NCBI GenBank assembly: GCA_044226015.1
Contig: JBGAHS010000002.1
Span: 465,571 to 529,570, forward strand
Source of the DNA: Candidatus Obscuribacteraceae bacterium
Lineage (GTDB): Bacteria; Cyanobacteriota; Vampirovibrionia; Obscuribacterales; Obscuribacteraceae
DNA: 64,000 bases
Reading direction: 5' to 3'
Part shown: in pieces, positions 19,657 through 29,954 of the stretch
Position numbering within the stretch: the stretch's first letter is position 1
Layout: the number at the start of each line of letters is the position of its first letter
Notes under the pieces: model-generated
What the model saw: only the letters and a program-made list of their open reading frames with translations
Databases searched by the model: none
What the model was told of the DNA's origin: nothing
Program-made: the position numbers and the translations under genes

Positions 19657-20379
19657 ATGAATCACATACTTATTTCATACTGGGCATGCGCTGGTTTAGG
19701 CTTTCTCTACATCGTAGGGATGGCAGCAATCGGTCATTTGCACGGGACTGAAGATTTTGATACCGAAGGAGGAGATCCAGGAGATGTTGACGCTCCGGCA
19801 AGCGCAAATGGCGAAGGTGGGGATCCGGGCGATGTTGATATCGACACTGATGGGGGCGATCCGGGCGACGTCGATGCGAATTCAGGAAGAGCTCATTTTC
19901 ACAACCAAACAAACATTTTGGCTGTAGAAAAAAAACGTACAGCGCGAAATGATGGCTGGTACTTTAAAGCTCTTGGGATTTTGAGCCCAACAAAGCTTGC
20001 AATGTTTCTGTTCTTTTTTGGTGCAACCGGAGTGATGACTATTCAGCTTGCGCCGACGCTTGGTTTACTTACCATAATCCCAAGTGCTATGGCTGGCTGG
20101 CTTATTAGCAAGATTATTCTGGCAGTGATGGGTAATTTTGTATCTCGTTTGCACTCATCTACAAACTTCAGACAAGACAGCCTTGTCGGTACAGAAGCGA
20201 AACTGAATTTGTCTATTGAACCTGGAACTCTGGGAGAGATCACTTTCACGACAAAGGGGGGGCGCTACAATGGTCCCGCTCGCGCCAAGAATAAAGAACT
20301 TGCCATTTCGAATCTGCGAAAAGTAATCATTTGCGACATCGAAAACGGCGTATATGTTGTAGAACCTGTCGAAGACTGA
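19657..20379 (+). CDS. NfeD/YqiJ-like membrane protein with Asp-rich GGDPGDVD repeats
   Basis: Paralogue of the upstream gene (ILSP.KLA.F...FGATG, SSTNF...L.G, PARA.N); 3x GGDPGDVD. Confidence 0.82.
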   Translation: MNHILISYWACAGLGFLYIVGMAAIGHLHGTEDFDTEGGDPGDVDAPASANGEGGDPGDVDIDTDGGDPGDVDANSGRAHFHNQTNILAVEKKRTARNDGWYFKALGILSPTKLAMFLFFFGATGVMTIQLAPTLGLLTIIPSAMAGWLISKIILAVMGNFVSRLHSSTNFRQDSLVGTEAKLNLSIEPGTLGEITFTTKGGRYNGPARAKNKELAISNLRKVIICDIENGVYVVEPVED

Positions 20380-20480
20380 TTCAACACCAATAACAGCACA
20401 CACGGATATCTGCAGAGTATCGACCACAGCAGATGTAGCCGAACGTGCAATAATACCGAGCATCATGAGCGCGTCATAGA

Positions 20481-21614
20481 GTGTTTGCTCCACCGATGAG
20501 AATCAAAGAGTTCGTTTCACATTGCTCTCTAATTATCTTGTCTGTTGGGACACTCAATTTTACGTCCCAACCTTTATTTGCAAGTGAACTGGGCGGCGAA
20601 GGCATTGGCGTGAAGCACCGACCATACAAAAGCGTAGCGCCGAATACCGCCGATGCCTCAACCGGATTTCCCGATAGCAAATCCACAGGCTCTCGAATCG
20701 AGCAATCAACTTTGCTTGCATCGGGCTCTGAAGACCGCGAATCTTTGGACTTTCAAGCAAAGCAATCGAATCTTCTTGCAGTCGGATTTCCCGATAGCCA
20801 ATCCACAGGCTCTCGAAAGCCTGAAACCCCGAAATTAAATGGCGATCCGCGAGCAAGCAATGTTGACCAACTTATCGATTTGCTCGGGCTGACGGACACT
20901 ATCCAAAAGCCAAAGGCAAAAAAATAACAGCCAACTAGACGAGCTGATTTTGAATCAAAAAGTGATGAAAGCCATACAGTATGCTGCTCTGGAACTTGAG
21001 GAAGCACTTGCAAATATTGATGGAGACCTCGCTACCACAAACATGCAATACAGCTACTTCTCCGCAAAACATGACCGAGCGCTAGCATTAAACAATGCTG
21101 CCACATTCATCAGCTCAGGCACACTAGGATTAATGGATTCTGCCACAGCATCCACATGGCGCCCCCACCGACCTCTGATGTGCTAGGATTGTTGGGAAAT
21201 GCAAGTGCCATCGGCATACCACTGCTAGGATTTGTGCCACCCAGATACAAGATAAAGCAATCCAATGCGCCAGACGGAAATGCACTAGCTCCCATATTCG
21301 GTAGAAAGCCACCCGAGCCAGAGTACGATCCGATTATATGGAAGTATCTTGAAACTGTTCCAGCAAAATCGAAAGACAATCTGACAAGAAGACAAATACT
21401 TTTGCGCGATTGGGATAAATTGCGTGGGGTCAAGTCTAAAGACGGTCAAGCGAATGCGTCTGTCGACGAACTCATCGAAGTAAAAAAGAAATCTAGAGTT
21501 TCGCTCGGAACACTTAAAACGCGGTCAGAACTGCTAGTCGATCTCCGTGCGCTAGTTCAGCAAATGTACAAAGATATTTCGGATCTTAACACCAGCGTAA
21601 TGGGTTTAGATTAA
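20481..21614 (+). pseudogene. Exported hypothetical protein split into 3 ORFs by two single-base frameshifts (pseudogene or assembly indels)
   Basis: Removing one A from the A7 run at 20918-20924 joins ORF1 to ORF2 (KAKNNSQLDELILNQKVMK); adding one base near 21150 joins ORF2 to ORF3 (MAPPPTSDVLG). Confidence 0.7.
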
Positions 21615-21616
21615 GC

Positions 21617-21707
21617 TAGACCGGTCGTCTATTGCACAGTCCAGTTTTTGACGAAGCTGAAAACCTGTAATCGCTGGCTATTTCAGAGATCCATAGACCG
21701 GTCGTCT
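21617..21707. promoter_or_regulatory. Two copies of a TetR-like palindromic operator TAGACCGGTCGTCT(A) upstream of the SPFH genes
   Basis: Identical 14-mers at 21617 and 21694, with TAGAC-N5-GTCTA dyad symmetry. Confidence 0.6.
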
Positions 21708-21895
21708 CGAATGCGCTAACAAATTTGCCACCATATATGAAACCGTATCTGGCATCAATTTGTTGTAAATGTATTAAAGAACTAGGTTCTGTTTATGGGA
21801 TGCGTATACTGATTGTATTGACATTACAAACGCTCCTTTCAGTTATAGATTTCCCCAACAATGTCAATTTCAGGGAGTTGAAAAAACAAAAGAAA

Positions 21896-22531
21896 ATGGA
21901 CCAAGTGATACTGTGCAGCCTGCTCGGGTTGGTATCTACGGTTCTTATGCTTCTAGCAGTTGTTGCTAAAAGCTTTATGAGATGCCCCCCAAATACCGCG
22001 TTAGTGATACAAGGTAAGCAGGGGAGTGAGCCGCGCGTCATCACAGATGGTGGCACTCTCGTCTTCCCACTATTCGAGACTGTTAGAACAATATCGTTAG
22101 AATCAATGCAAGTTTCTTTCAATAATCGTTCTCCAATAAGCAGCTCAAATGGTGTTCCACTGATAGTAAATCTAATTGCTCAAGTGAGGGTTCAAAACGA
22201 TCTCCGCTCGATCGCAAAGGCCGCACAAACATTGAGCAACAAAGACACTGCCGAAATAGTTGAAACAATTCAAAACGTCATAAGCTCAAAGGTTAAAGAC
22301 GAAATAAATGAAACAACAGTAGATGATTTGATTGCAAACGCAACAGAGTTTTGCAACGACGTGATGAAAAATTCGAATCCAGAACTGAGCAGGTTTGGCT
22401 TACGACTAACTGGACTTGAACTCGTTGACATTTTCGACAGTGCCGGCTATCTCGCTAAAGCAGGAAAAGTAAAAATAACAGCCGCCCAGGAACAATATCT
22501 CACCGGGCTTAGCTGGAGTCACAAAACATAG
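21896..22531 (+). CDS. Short SPFH-domain (flotillin-like) protein lacking the flotillin coiled coil
   Basis: TM followed by CPPNTALV...GGTLVFPL; paralogous to the N-terminus of the next gene. Confidence 0.85.
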   Translation: MDQVILCSLLGLVSTVLMLLAVVAKSFMRCPPNTALVIQGKQGSEPRVITDGGTLVFPLFETVRTISLESMQVSFNNRSPISSSNGVPLIVNLIAQVRVQNDLRSIAKAAQTLSNKDTAEIVETIQNVISSKVKDEINETTVDDLIANATEFCNDVMKNSNPELSRFGLRLTGLELVDIFDSAGYLAKAGKVKITAAQEQYLTGLSWSHKT

Positions 22532-22629
22532 CTTTAGCGCCAATAAGAGAAAACAGACATGGCTTCATCTGCCAAACGAAGCCAATAAATACAACAACAA
22601 CAAGTAAAACAAGATACGGGAGTATCATC

Positions 22630-24351
22630 ATGGAACTATCATTCATCGCCCTTCTAGTCATGGGATTTGTGTTGCTATCTATGATTTTCGTGATGTTTGT
22701 CGGCATGTTTCAAAAATGTCCGCCAAACACTGCGTTAATCGTCTACGGTGCATTTAGCAAAGAGCCTCGTGTCGTCAAAGGTGGTGGTACGACTGTCTTC
22801 CCTTTAATCGAAGCAGCGCGTCCATTGTCCCTGGAAGTCATGACAATCGATGTGAAATCATCAGCTCCCATTATTTCCCGCAATGGAGTGCCTGTTTTTG
22901 TTGAAGGTGTTGCACAGGTAAAAGTCGACGGCGACGATGATTCAATCAAAACTGCCGCCGAACAGTTCTTGAGCAAAGATGCTCAGGAGATAGTAACTAT
23001 CGCTCATGAAACACTGATCGGTCACTTGCGCGGCATAGTTGGCACAATGGAAGTCGAAGAACTCATCCAGAGCACAGAATCTTTCTCTAGAAAAGTTCTC
23101 GAGATCACCATTCCAGACTTACACAAAATGGGTCTGACCATCGTTTCATTCACCATCAAAGAGATACGTGACTCAGTTGGATACCTCGAACAGTTAGGTC
23201 GTAAGCAAGCTGCTGAAACGAAGCAACGTGCTGACATTGGCGTCGCTCTGGCAACTAAAGTGACAGAAGTTGCTAAGGCTGAAGCCCTGCGTGAAACTCA
23301 AATCGCTCAATCGACAGCTGCTAGAGAAACAACTATTGCTAAGGCAAACGCAGAAAGAGACTCAAGAATTGCTCTGGCTCACGCTACACAGGAAGGCGAA
23401 AAGGTTCAATTAGAAAACGCTGCAAAAATTGCTGAAGCTCAGCGCGACCTCCAGGTCAAACAATCTGAATATGCCGCAGAAATCGCACAGAAAAAAGCAT
23501 ACGCCGACATCGCAGGTGAAATCGTTAAGGCGCAGAATACGCAGAAGCTAATCGAAGAGCAACAGAAGATCAGAATCGTTGAAGCGCAAAAAGCTGTTGA
23601 GCTCCAGGCAGTTGAAGTTCAAAAACGCCAGGTGCAATTGGAAGCTGAAGTTCAAAAACCAGCGGAAGCTGAACAATTGAGAACTCGCATTTACGCGCAG
23701 GCTGAGCAAGAAAAGAGAAAACTGCTTGCACAGGCTGATGCTGAAGGCGCAAAACTGAGAGCTCTTGGTGAAGCTGAAGCTTTGAGGATTAGAGCGCAGG
23801 CAGAAGCTGAAGCTACGCGAGCCACAGGATTTGCAATGGCAGAGTCCAAAAAAGCTCAAGGTCTAGCCGAAGCTGCAGTAATCGCTGCTAAAGGTGAAGC
23901 TGAAGCCCAGGCTATGATTAAGAGAGCCGAAGCTTACAAGATGTACAACGACGCTGCTATAGCTTCAATGATCATCGACAAGCTTCCGCAAATCGTCGAA
24001 TCGGCTTCTGCTCCTCTCTCGAAGATCGGTCAAGTCACTGTTCTTTCGACAGGTGGAGACAGCATAGGCGCAAGCCGCTTAACGCAAGAAGTAGTTAATG
24101 CAGCAGCGCAAAGCATGCACCTCGTCAAAGGACTCACTGGCATCGACCTTGCTTCAGCTCTCGGCAAACATGTTGGCGTAGCTAATGATGCAAAAACTGC
24201 AATAGACGTTCAAGCTAAGGCGAACAACGGAAGCAACGGCTCCAATGGTGCAGCAGGGCAACCAGCTCTTGCAGCCGCAGGAACTAGCTCATCTACAACA
24301 ACCGCACCCTCGGTAACAAGCATTCCTCCTCGCCCACAACAACAAGGCTAA
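22630..24351 (+). CDS. Flotillin family protein (FloT/YuaG-like)
   Basis: SPFH domain (GVAQVKV, AAEQFL, ETLIGHLRGIVGTM) and a long EA-rich coiled coil. Confidence 0.95.
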   Translation: MELSFIALLVMGFVLLSMIFVMFVGMFQKCPPNTALIVYGAFSKEPRVVKGGGTTVFPLIEAARPLSLEVMTIDVKSSAPIISRNGVPVFVEGVAQVKVDGDDDSIKTAAEQFLSKDAQEIVTIAHETLIGHLRGIVGTMEVEELIQSTESFSRKVLEITIPDLHKMGLTIVSFTIKEIRDSVGYLEQLGRKQAAETKQRADIGVALATKVTEVAKAEALRETQIAQSTAARETTIAKANAERDSRIALAHATQEGEKVQLENAAKIAEAQRDLQVKQSEYAAEIAQKKAYADIAGEIVKAQNTQKLIEEQQKIRIVEAQKAVELQAVEVQKRQVQLEAEVQKPAEAEQLRTRIYAQAEQEKRKLLAQADAEGAKLRALGEAEALRIRAQAEAEATRATGFAMAESKKAQGLAEAAVIAAKGEAEAQAMIKRAEAYKMYNDAAIASMIIDKLPQIVESASAPLSKIGQVTVLSTGGDSIGASRLTQEVVNAAAQSMHLVKGLTGIDLASALGKHVGVANDAKTAIDVQAKANNGSNGSNGAAGQPALAAAGTSSSTTTAPSVTSIPPRPQQQG

Positions 24352-24385
24352 TCTTTCAAGAACGAAAGGAGCTGCACACACAGCG

Positions 24386-24419
24386 AAGGTCCTCGAGAAA
24401 TCGAGGACCTTTTCTTTTG
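24386..24419 (+). terminator. Intrinsic terminator after flotillin
   Basis: AAGGTCCTCGA-GAAA-TCGAGGACCTT followed by TTCTTTT. Confidence 0.88.
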
Positions 24420-24475
24420 ACAGAAGATTTTCAGAAAGCTTTCCTCGCGACCTTTTTATGACTGTTTCACGTGCG

Positions 24476-24698
24476 AGAATCTTCGCCTCGCACCCCGCAG
24501 ATTTTCCCGAAAACTCCATCGGTACCGGTTGAGTTCTCAGATTTTTCTGCGCCTCGCACCCGCAGTTTTTCCCGAAAACTTCATCGGTACCGGTCGAGTT
24601 CTCAGATTTTTCTTCGCCTCGCAACCGCAGATTTTCCCGAAAACTTCATCGGTACCGGTCGAGTTCTCAGATTTATCTGCGCCTCGCACCGCAGATAA
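24476..24698. repeat. 3 tandem 65-bp copies of the CGGTACCG-core repeat (opposite orientation to the 32.6 kb array)
   Basis: Cores at 24520, 24585 and 24650; unit includes GCAGATTTTCCCGAAAACTYCATCGGTACCGGTYGAGTTCTCAGATTTTTCT. Confidence 0.95.
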
Positions 24699-24774
24699 AG
24701 CTTGAATCTGACACTTCGATTCAAAAATAAAGAAACAAGTGCGATAATTAGACCTCATCACTTGAGAGCCTCAA

Positions 24775-25329
24775 TTGTCAATCAGACTCACAATTACTGG
24801 AGCCAGCGGAGTAGGCAAAACGACTCTTGCTGAATGCATCGCAGAATTACTGGAACTGCCTTTAATACCGGAATTAGCTCGAGAGCTATGTTCGGAAATG
24901 GGTTACCCACGAATCGGCGACATTCCTGACCAGGAAAAATTCAAACGCGATGCCTTAGAACGACAAATAGATACAGAGTTGAAACACGAATCATTTGTTG
25001 CCGACCGCTCTGCCATCGACACCTGGGTGCTATGGCAGCGTTGGAATATTTGCACGGCAATGACTTATGACACTGAAGCGATTTATGAATTAGTCAGCAA
25101 GCACATCAGCCACTACACGCACATAATCTACATCCCTCCGATGTTCAAGGCAGAAGAAGATGGATTTCGCTGGACCGAACCTGATTACATCAAGCAAGTC
25201 GACCGCATTATTCGCATGACTCTTTACGAGCTTGACCTCTGGGAAAAAGTCATGGTTATAACAAAAGACAATATCACCGAACGCATCCTTGAGGTTCAGC
25301 GATGGATCGAAAGGCAATCGGTAACATGA
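24775..25329 (+). CDS. P-loop AAA_28/NadR-like nucleotide kinase
   Basis: ITGASGVGKTTLA Walker A, PELARE and FVADRSAID motifs. Confidence 0.82.
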   Translation: MSIRLTITGASGVGKTTLAECIAELLELPLIPELARELCSEMGYPRIGDIPDQEKFKRDALERQIDTELKHESFVADRSAIDTWVLWQRWNICTAMTYDTEAIYELVSKHISHYTHIIYIPPMFKAEEDGFRWTEPDYIKQVDRIIRMTLYELDLWEKVMVITKDNITERILEVQRWIERQSVT

Positions 25330-26330
25330 AGTCGATTGCACCACATCTGGTATTACTGTTTACGCTTGGCATAGCTGCATGTTTCGCCGAATCAAAAGCT
25401 GACGAGAAAGTCCCATCGGCAAACCTTAGCTTGAAATCTGCTTCCTCCGCTAGCGTTCCAACACCAGCAACAGCCAAAAGGCTTATCTCAACAGCTCCTT
25501 CTAACACAGAACTTATTTATAGCCTCAACGCAGGGAGAAGTCTTGTAGGAGTTTCAGAAAGCTGCAACTTCCCTCCTGAGGCAAAAAGTAAAGAAGTTAT
25601 ATCCAGCTTCAACTCCTTAAAAATGGAAAAGGTCGCCCAGCTAAAACCAGATTGCATCTTTCTTGTAAGCGGGCAGGAATCACTAGCACATAATTTGAAA
25701 AAACATGGATTCAACTCCGTTCTGCTAGACAACAGTTCCATTGAAAACATTAGCAAGAATCTGTTAGCCATTGGCAAGGTCACCAAGCAGGAGAACGAAG
25801 CCGTAGCGCTTGGCAAAGCTTTTGACATGGCAATCAGGAAACTGAAAAAGCTTACATCAAGCGACAAAAAACTTCCCCGCGTATTTATCTGCGTCTGGCC
25901 ACAACCGCTAATGTCGGCAGGCAAAAGTAGTTTTATGAATGAGGGTGTCACTATAGCTGGTGGCATAAATTGCACGGGAGATTTGCCACAACCCTATCCG
26001 CGCGTCAACCAGGAAAAACTCGTTCTTTTGAAACCGGATCTAATAATAGTTCCCGCCGAACAATCGAGAGAAAAGTTCTGGGATAAAGCTCCGTGGATTA
26101 GCATGAAGGCAGTTAAGGAAAACCGTATCTATGTCGTCCCGCAGCACGAAACAGACTGCCTGACGCGGCCCACTTTGCGTTACATAGATGCACTCAGCTG
26201 GCTTGCCTGCAAGCTCCATCCCGAACTCAAAACAGCCATAGACAATTGGCATTCGGAAGCGGTTGAGTCATTAAAAGTCCTCAAGAGTGATCAAAAATCA
26301 TCCTCTCGGAAATCATCCTTCCGTACGTAG
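25326..26330 (+). CDS. Helical-backbone ABC substrate-binding protein (BtuF/cobalamin- or heme-binding type)
   Basis: Signal peptide, RLISTAPSNTELIYSL, LVGVS..CNFP, AGGIN and RPTLR motifs. Confidence 0.85.
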   Translation: MKSIAPHLVLLFTLGIAACFAESKADEKVPSANLSLKSASSASVPTPATAKRLISTAPSNTELIYSLNAGRSLVGVSESCNFPPEAKSKEVISSFNSLKMEKVAQLKPDCIFLVSGQESLAHNLKKHGFNSVLLDNSSIENISKNLLAIGKVTKQENEAVALGKAFDMAIRKLKKLTSSDKKLPRVFICVWPQPLMSAGKSSFMNEGVTIAGGINCTGDLPQPYPRVNQEKLVLLKPDLIIVPAEQSREKFWDKAPWISMKAVKENRIYVVPQHETDCLTRPTLRYIDALSWLACKLHPELKTAIDNWHSEAVESLKVLKSDQKSSSRKSSFRT

Positions 26331-26558
26331 AAAAAGATTCATCTAAAGGCTTTACTAAGTACATTGACTTGATGATGGAGGTTAGAAAGTCTGATTTCAG
26401 GCGTTTTTCGTATTTGTCCAAATATTTACGCCACGGATGACACTTAGCCATATGGCTCGAGGTAGTGGCTATAATCTTGGAGGTTAGGATTCGCTCGATG
26501 AACGAATTTTCACGACCACATGTCAAGCTCTCGGCAGCATTACCAGTAGAGATTTGAA

Positions 26559-27950
26559 GTGCACTTCAGCAACATAGAACCAAACAACACGGCAGGGCTG
26601 ACAAACGAGTCAGCAAACAATCACCTCGTTGTAGTCGGCATCAATTACCACTCGTGTCCGATATTCATTCGCGAGAAGTTCGTAATCCCGGATTCCTGCA
26701 TTAAGCATGCTTTACAAGCTTTGACCCATATGCCGCATCTCAAGGAAGCAGCGATACTTTCAACCTGCAACCGTACAGAAGTATATGCAGTTGTTAGCGA
26801 TGTCCAGGCGGGGCTCAGAGAAATAGAGTCATTCTTTGCTTCGACTCAAAAGCTTGCAGACCATGATGCTCTGAAACCGAATTTCAAACTTTTAAGGGAC
26901 GACGTGGCACTCCACCTCTTTAGAGTCGCTTCCGGACTAGACAGCTTGGTACTCGGCGAAGGACAGATTGTCGCCCAGGTTAAGAACGCTTTCAAGCACG
27001 CAGTCGATGCTGGCACTGCCAAAACGTTCCTGACTCAGCTCTTTCAGACCGCTCTGTGCACCGGCAAACGAGTTCGCACAGAAACAACGCTCGGTCGCCG
27101 TGCGGTCTCTGTCAGCTCGGCAGCAATTGAAATGGCTCGCGAAACCTTTGGCGGACTGAACGACAAGACCGCTCTCATTGTAGGCGCTGGTCACATGGCT
27201 CAACTCAGTGCCAAACACCTGCTTGCAGACAATGGTACCAGCAGACTCTTGATGATCAACCGGACGGCTGAACGGCTGGAACATTTTTCAGGCAACAAAT
27301 TACCAAACAAGGACAGACTTGATATTTCGCAATCTTTCAGCAACCGCTATGAGCTGATGAATGAGAGCGATCTAGTCATAGTATCCACAAGCTCGCCGAA
27401 ATATCTGCTCACTAAAGCTGAGCTGCAAAAGCACCTCAAGCCTGGCAAGAAAATCTGCATAATCGACATCTCGGTGCCAAGGAATGTAGAGCCCGCAGTC
27501 GCTGAACTTGATGCTGTCACTCTCTACCACGCAGATGATCTGGCTAAAGTAGTAAATGCAAATCTTGCCGAACGAGAGGCTTTGACAGCAGACGCCGAGC
27601 GCATCGTATTTGAGATGCTCACGGAATATGAAAACTGGGAACGCTCGCTTTTGATAGCGCCAACTTTAACTGAATTCCGCAAAAAAATCGAAGCAATTCG
27701 TGTGGAACATCTGGTGAAGCACGAGCGCCAGGAAAACGACGAGTTTGAAGCACTGAGTCGAGCGTTGATAAATCAGATTCTTCATCAACCAACTACGCAG
27801 TTGAAATCAACAAGTGACTACCATCTTTTAAAACAGCAGGCAGAAGCACTGCGCAAACTGTTCCAGCTTGATATTTTTGGTGAGGAAACGGGGTCCTCGT
27901 GCCCTGCTTCGGCAGCAAATCAAATTCACGCACACGCGAAGCAGATGTAG
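26559..27950 (+). CDS. hemA: Glutamyl-tRNA reductase
   Basis: LSTCNRTE, HLFRVASGLDSLVLGEGQI and DISVPRN motifs. Confidence 0.96.
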   Translation: MHFSNIEPNNTAGLTNESANNHLVVVGINYHSCPIFIREKFVIPDSCIKHALQALTHMPHLKEAAILSTCNRTEVYAVVSDVQAGLREIESFFASTQKLADHDALKPNFKLLRDDVALHLFRVASGLDSLVLGEGQIVAQVKNAFKHAVDAGTAKTFLTQLFQTALCTGKRVRTETTLGRRAVSVSSAAIEMARETFGGLNDKTALIVGAGHMAQLSAKHLLADNGTSRLLMINRTAERLEHFSGNKLPNKDRLDISQSFSNRYELMNESDLVIVSTSSPKYLLTKAELQKHLKPGKKICIIDISVPRNVEPAVAELDAVTLYHADDLAKVVNANLAEREALTADAERIVFEMLTEYENWERSLLIAPTLTEFRKKIEAIRVEHLVKHERQENDEFEALSRALINQILHQPTTQLKSTSDYHLLKQQAEALRKLFQLDIFGEETGSSCPASAANQIHAHAKQM

Positions 27951-27962
27951 GCACCGAAAGTA

Positions 27963-28925
27963 GTGGCAAAGAAAAAGTTTGTTGTTGGTACGCGCGATAG
28001 TATTCTCGCTCGGCTGCAGACAGATCTTGTGCTCAAGATTTTGAAGGAAAAATTTTCAAATCTCGAATTTGAAATTATTGCAGTTAAAACTAGCGGTGAC
28101 AAAATTTTGCACAAACCTCTTGCAGAGCTCGGCGGGCGGGGCGTGTTTGTTAAAGAGCTGGAGGAATCTCTTCTGAGGAAAGAAGTAGATTTCGTCGTAC
28201 ACAGCTTGAAGGATCTACCAACCGAAATTCCCCAACATCTAAACTTAGCAGCCACAATAAACAGGGCGGACCCTCGAGATGTTTTGCTGGGCAAATCGCG
28301 AATAAAGTTCAACGAACTGCCAAGCGGGTCCCGAGTTGCAACATCCAGCAGACGCAGAGCGGCACAGCTTGCGGCTATCCGTACAGATATTCAATTTGTG
28401 GACATTCGCGGAAACATTCAAACGCGCTTGAGAAAACTGGAAGAAGGTCAATGCGATGCAATGATTCTTGCAGCTGCTGGTCTGGAACGCCTTGAGCTGG
28501 CAGATCGAATTAGCCAGTATTTTGAACCAGAAGAATGCGTACCAGCTGTAGGACAGGGAGCGCTTGGCATAGAATGCCATGAAGATAATAAGGAGCTACT
28601 TTTATTACTTGAACAAATAAATGATGAAGTGGTTTGGGCTTGTACAAGCGCTGAAAGAGCACTTCTCAATCAACTGGGCGGTGGATGCTCGGTGCCCGTG
28701 GGAGCTCTTGCACAAATGCTGGATGACGGAAGCGGCAGAATTGAACTTCGAGCTGTGGTCGCTTCCATGGATGGAAAGCAAGTTTACAGAGCATATGCCA
28801 CCGGGACCTTAGGTGAAGCTGAATCAATGGGAAAAAAGCTTGCCGAAGAACTATCGTCGCAAGGCGCCGGCGCTGTAATAGAAAGCTTATTGAACCAGAA
28901 TATTGGTGAAGTTTCGCCTCCCTGA
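27963..28925 (+). CDS. hemC: Hydroxymethylbilane synthase
   Basis: GVFVKELE, VHSLKDLPT, RGNIQTRL and GGGCSVPVG motifs. Confidence 0.96.
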   Translation: MAKKKFVVGTRDSILARLQTDLVLKILKEKFSNLEFEIIAVKTSGDKILHKPLAELGGRGVFVKELEESLLRKEVDFVVHSLKDLPTEIPQHLNLAATINRADPRDVLLGKSRIKFNELPSGSRVATSSRRRAAQLAAIRTDIQFVDIRGNIQTRLRKLEEGQCDAMILAAAGLERLELADRISQYFEPEECVPAVGQGALGIECHEDNKELLLLLEQINDEVVWACTSAERALLNQLGGGCSVPVGALAQMLDDGSGRIELRAVVASMDGKQVYRAYATGTLGEAESMGKKLAEELSSQGAGAVIESLLNQNIGEVSPP

Positions 28926-28940
28926 CATTTAGAGGTTGAG

Positions 28941-29729
28941 ATGAACGCCGCAAAGCAACTTAATGGAAAACGTATCCTGGTTACCAGACCGGCGCATCAG
29001 GCGCAGAAACTATGTAATTTGCTTCAAGAAGCCGGTGCGGAAGTATTCTGCCTTCCACTGCTCACAATTGGCGCACCAAAAAGTTGGAAAGACTTTGATG
29101 CAGCTTTTAAGAGCCTGAGCGAATATCAGTGGATAATTTTTGCTAGCGCAAATGCAGTAGAATCAACCATCGAACGAGCGCAAGCACTGAAGCTAGTCGA
29201 ATCTCTACACAAAATTGAAATTGCCTGCGTCGGCAAAGCAACAGCAGCCTGTCTTGAAGAGCTGGGATTGACACCCTCACTGGTGCCTAACAACTTTGTG
29301 GCAGAATCGCTCATCGAAGAGTTGAAGAAAAACGGCCCGGGTAAAGCACTCTGGCCAAAGACCACTAAAGGGCGGCTTCTTATCAAAGATGATCTTGAAA
29401 AACTAGGATGGAAGGTCGATGTTGTACACTCGTATATTACAGAGGGTCCGGAAGATCCGCACGCTTGCGCAAGAGAATTAGCGAATATGCTTCGCGAAAA
29501 AAACATCGACGTTATTACTCTAACCAGCTCAGAAACAGTTCTTCAACTCCACGCGATAAATGATATGTGCAAGACCGAATTTTCCACATCAATCGACAAA
29601 CTTAAATTGGCAGTAATCGGGCCTGAAACAGCGAAAACATGCCAAACTCTTTTTTCTCGCGTTGACATCCAGGCTGAGGAGTATTCAATGAAAGGTTTAG
29701 TCGAAGCTCTCTGCAACTATTACAGATAA
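28941..29729 (+). CDS. hemD: Uroporphyrinogen-III synthase
   Basis: ILVTRP, WIIFASANAV, ACVGKATA and VIGPETA motifs; follows hemC. Confidence 0.93.
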   Translation: MNAAKQLNGKRILVTRPAHQAQKLCNLLQEAGAEVFCLPLLTIGAPKSWKDFDAAFKSLSEYQWIIFASANAVESTIERAQALKLVESLHKIEIACVGKATAACLEELGLTPSLVPNNFVAESLIEELKKNGPGKALWPKTTKGRLLIKDDLEKLGWKVDVVHSYITEGPEDPHACARELANMLREKNIDVITLTSSETVLQLHAINDMCKTEFSTSIDKLKLAVIGPETAKTCQTLFSRVDIQAEEYSMKGLVEALCNYYR

Positions 29730-29831
29730 TTTTTTGAAGTCTTTTTGAATCAGAGATTTGAAAGAACTTCTGTGCCAACTTGGCGTATCCATTTCGCCCA
29801 GTCGATGCCGACTTCCTCAGCCACGCCTAAG

Positions 29832-29910
29832 CGGTGGAGTTTTCAGGAAAATCTGTGTGGGCGCGCCGGAGAAAAAACGCGAAACTCGAGCGGTACCGCC
29901 TTTCGGTACC
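29832..29910. repeat. Degenerate copy of the CGGTACCG-core repeat
   Basis: GGAGTTTTCAGGAAAATCTG...GAAACTCGAGCGGTACCG, between convergent genes. Confidence 0.75.
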
Positions 29911-29954
29911 AAATTCCTCAGCCTAAGCCTTTTGCTCAGACCAAGCAGACCAAT

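Noticed and set aside
24700..26558. Cobalamin riboswitch near the BtuF-like and hem genes
   Set aside because: No B12-box or conserved GGGAA...GCCACTG core is visible in the short intergenic regions.
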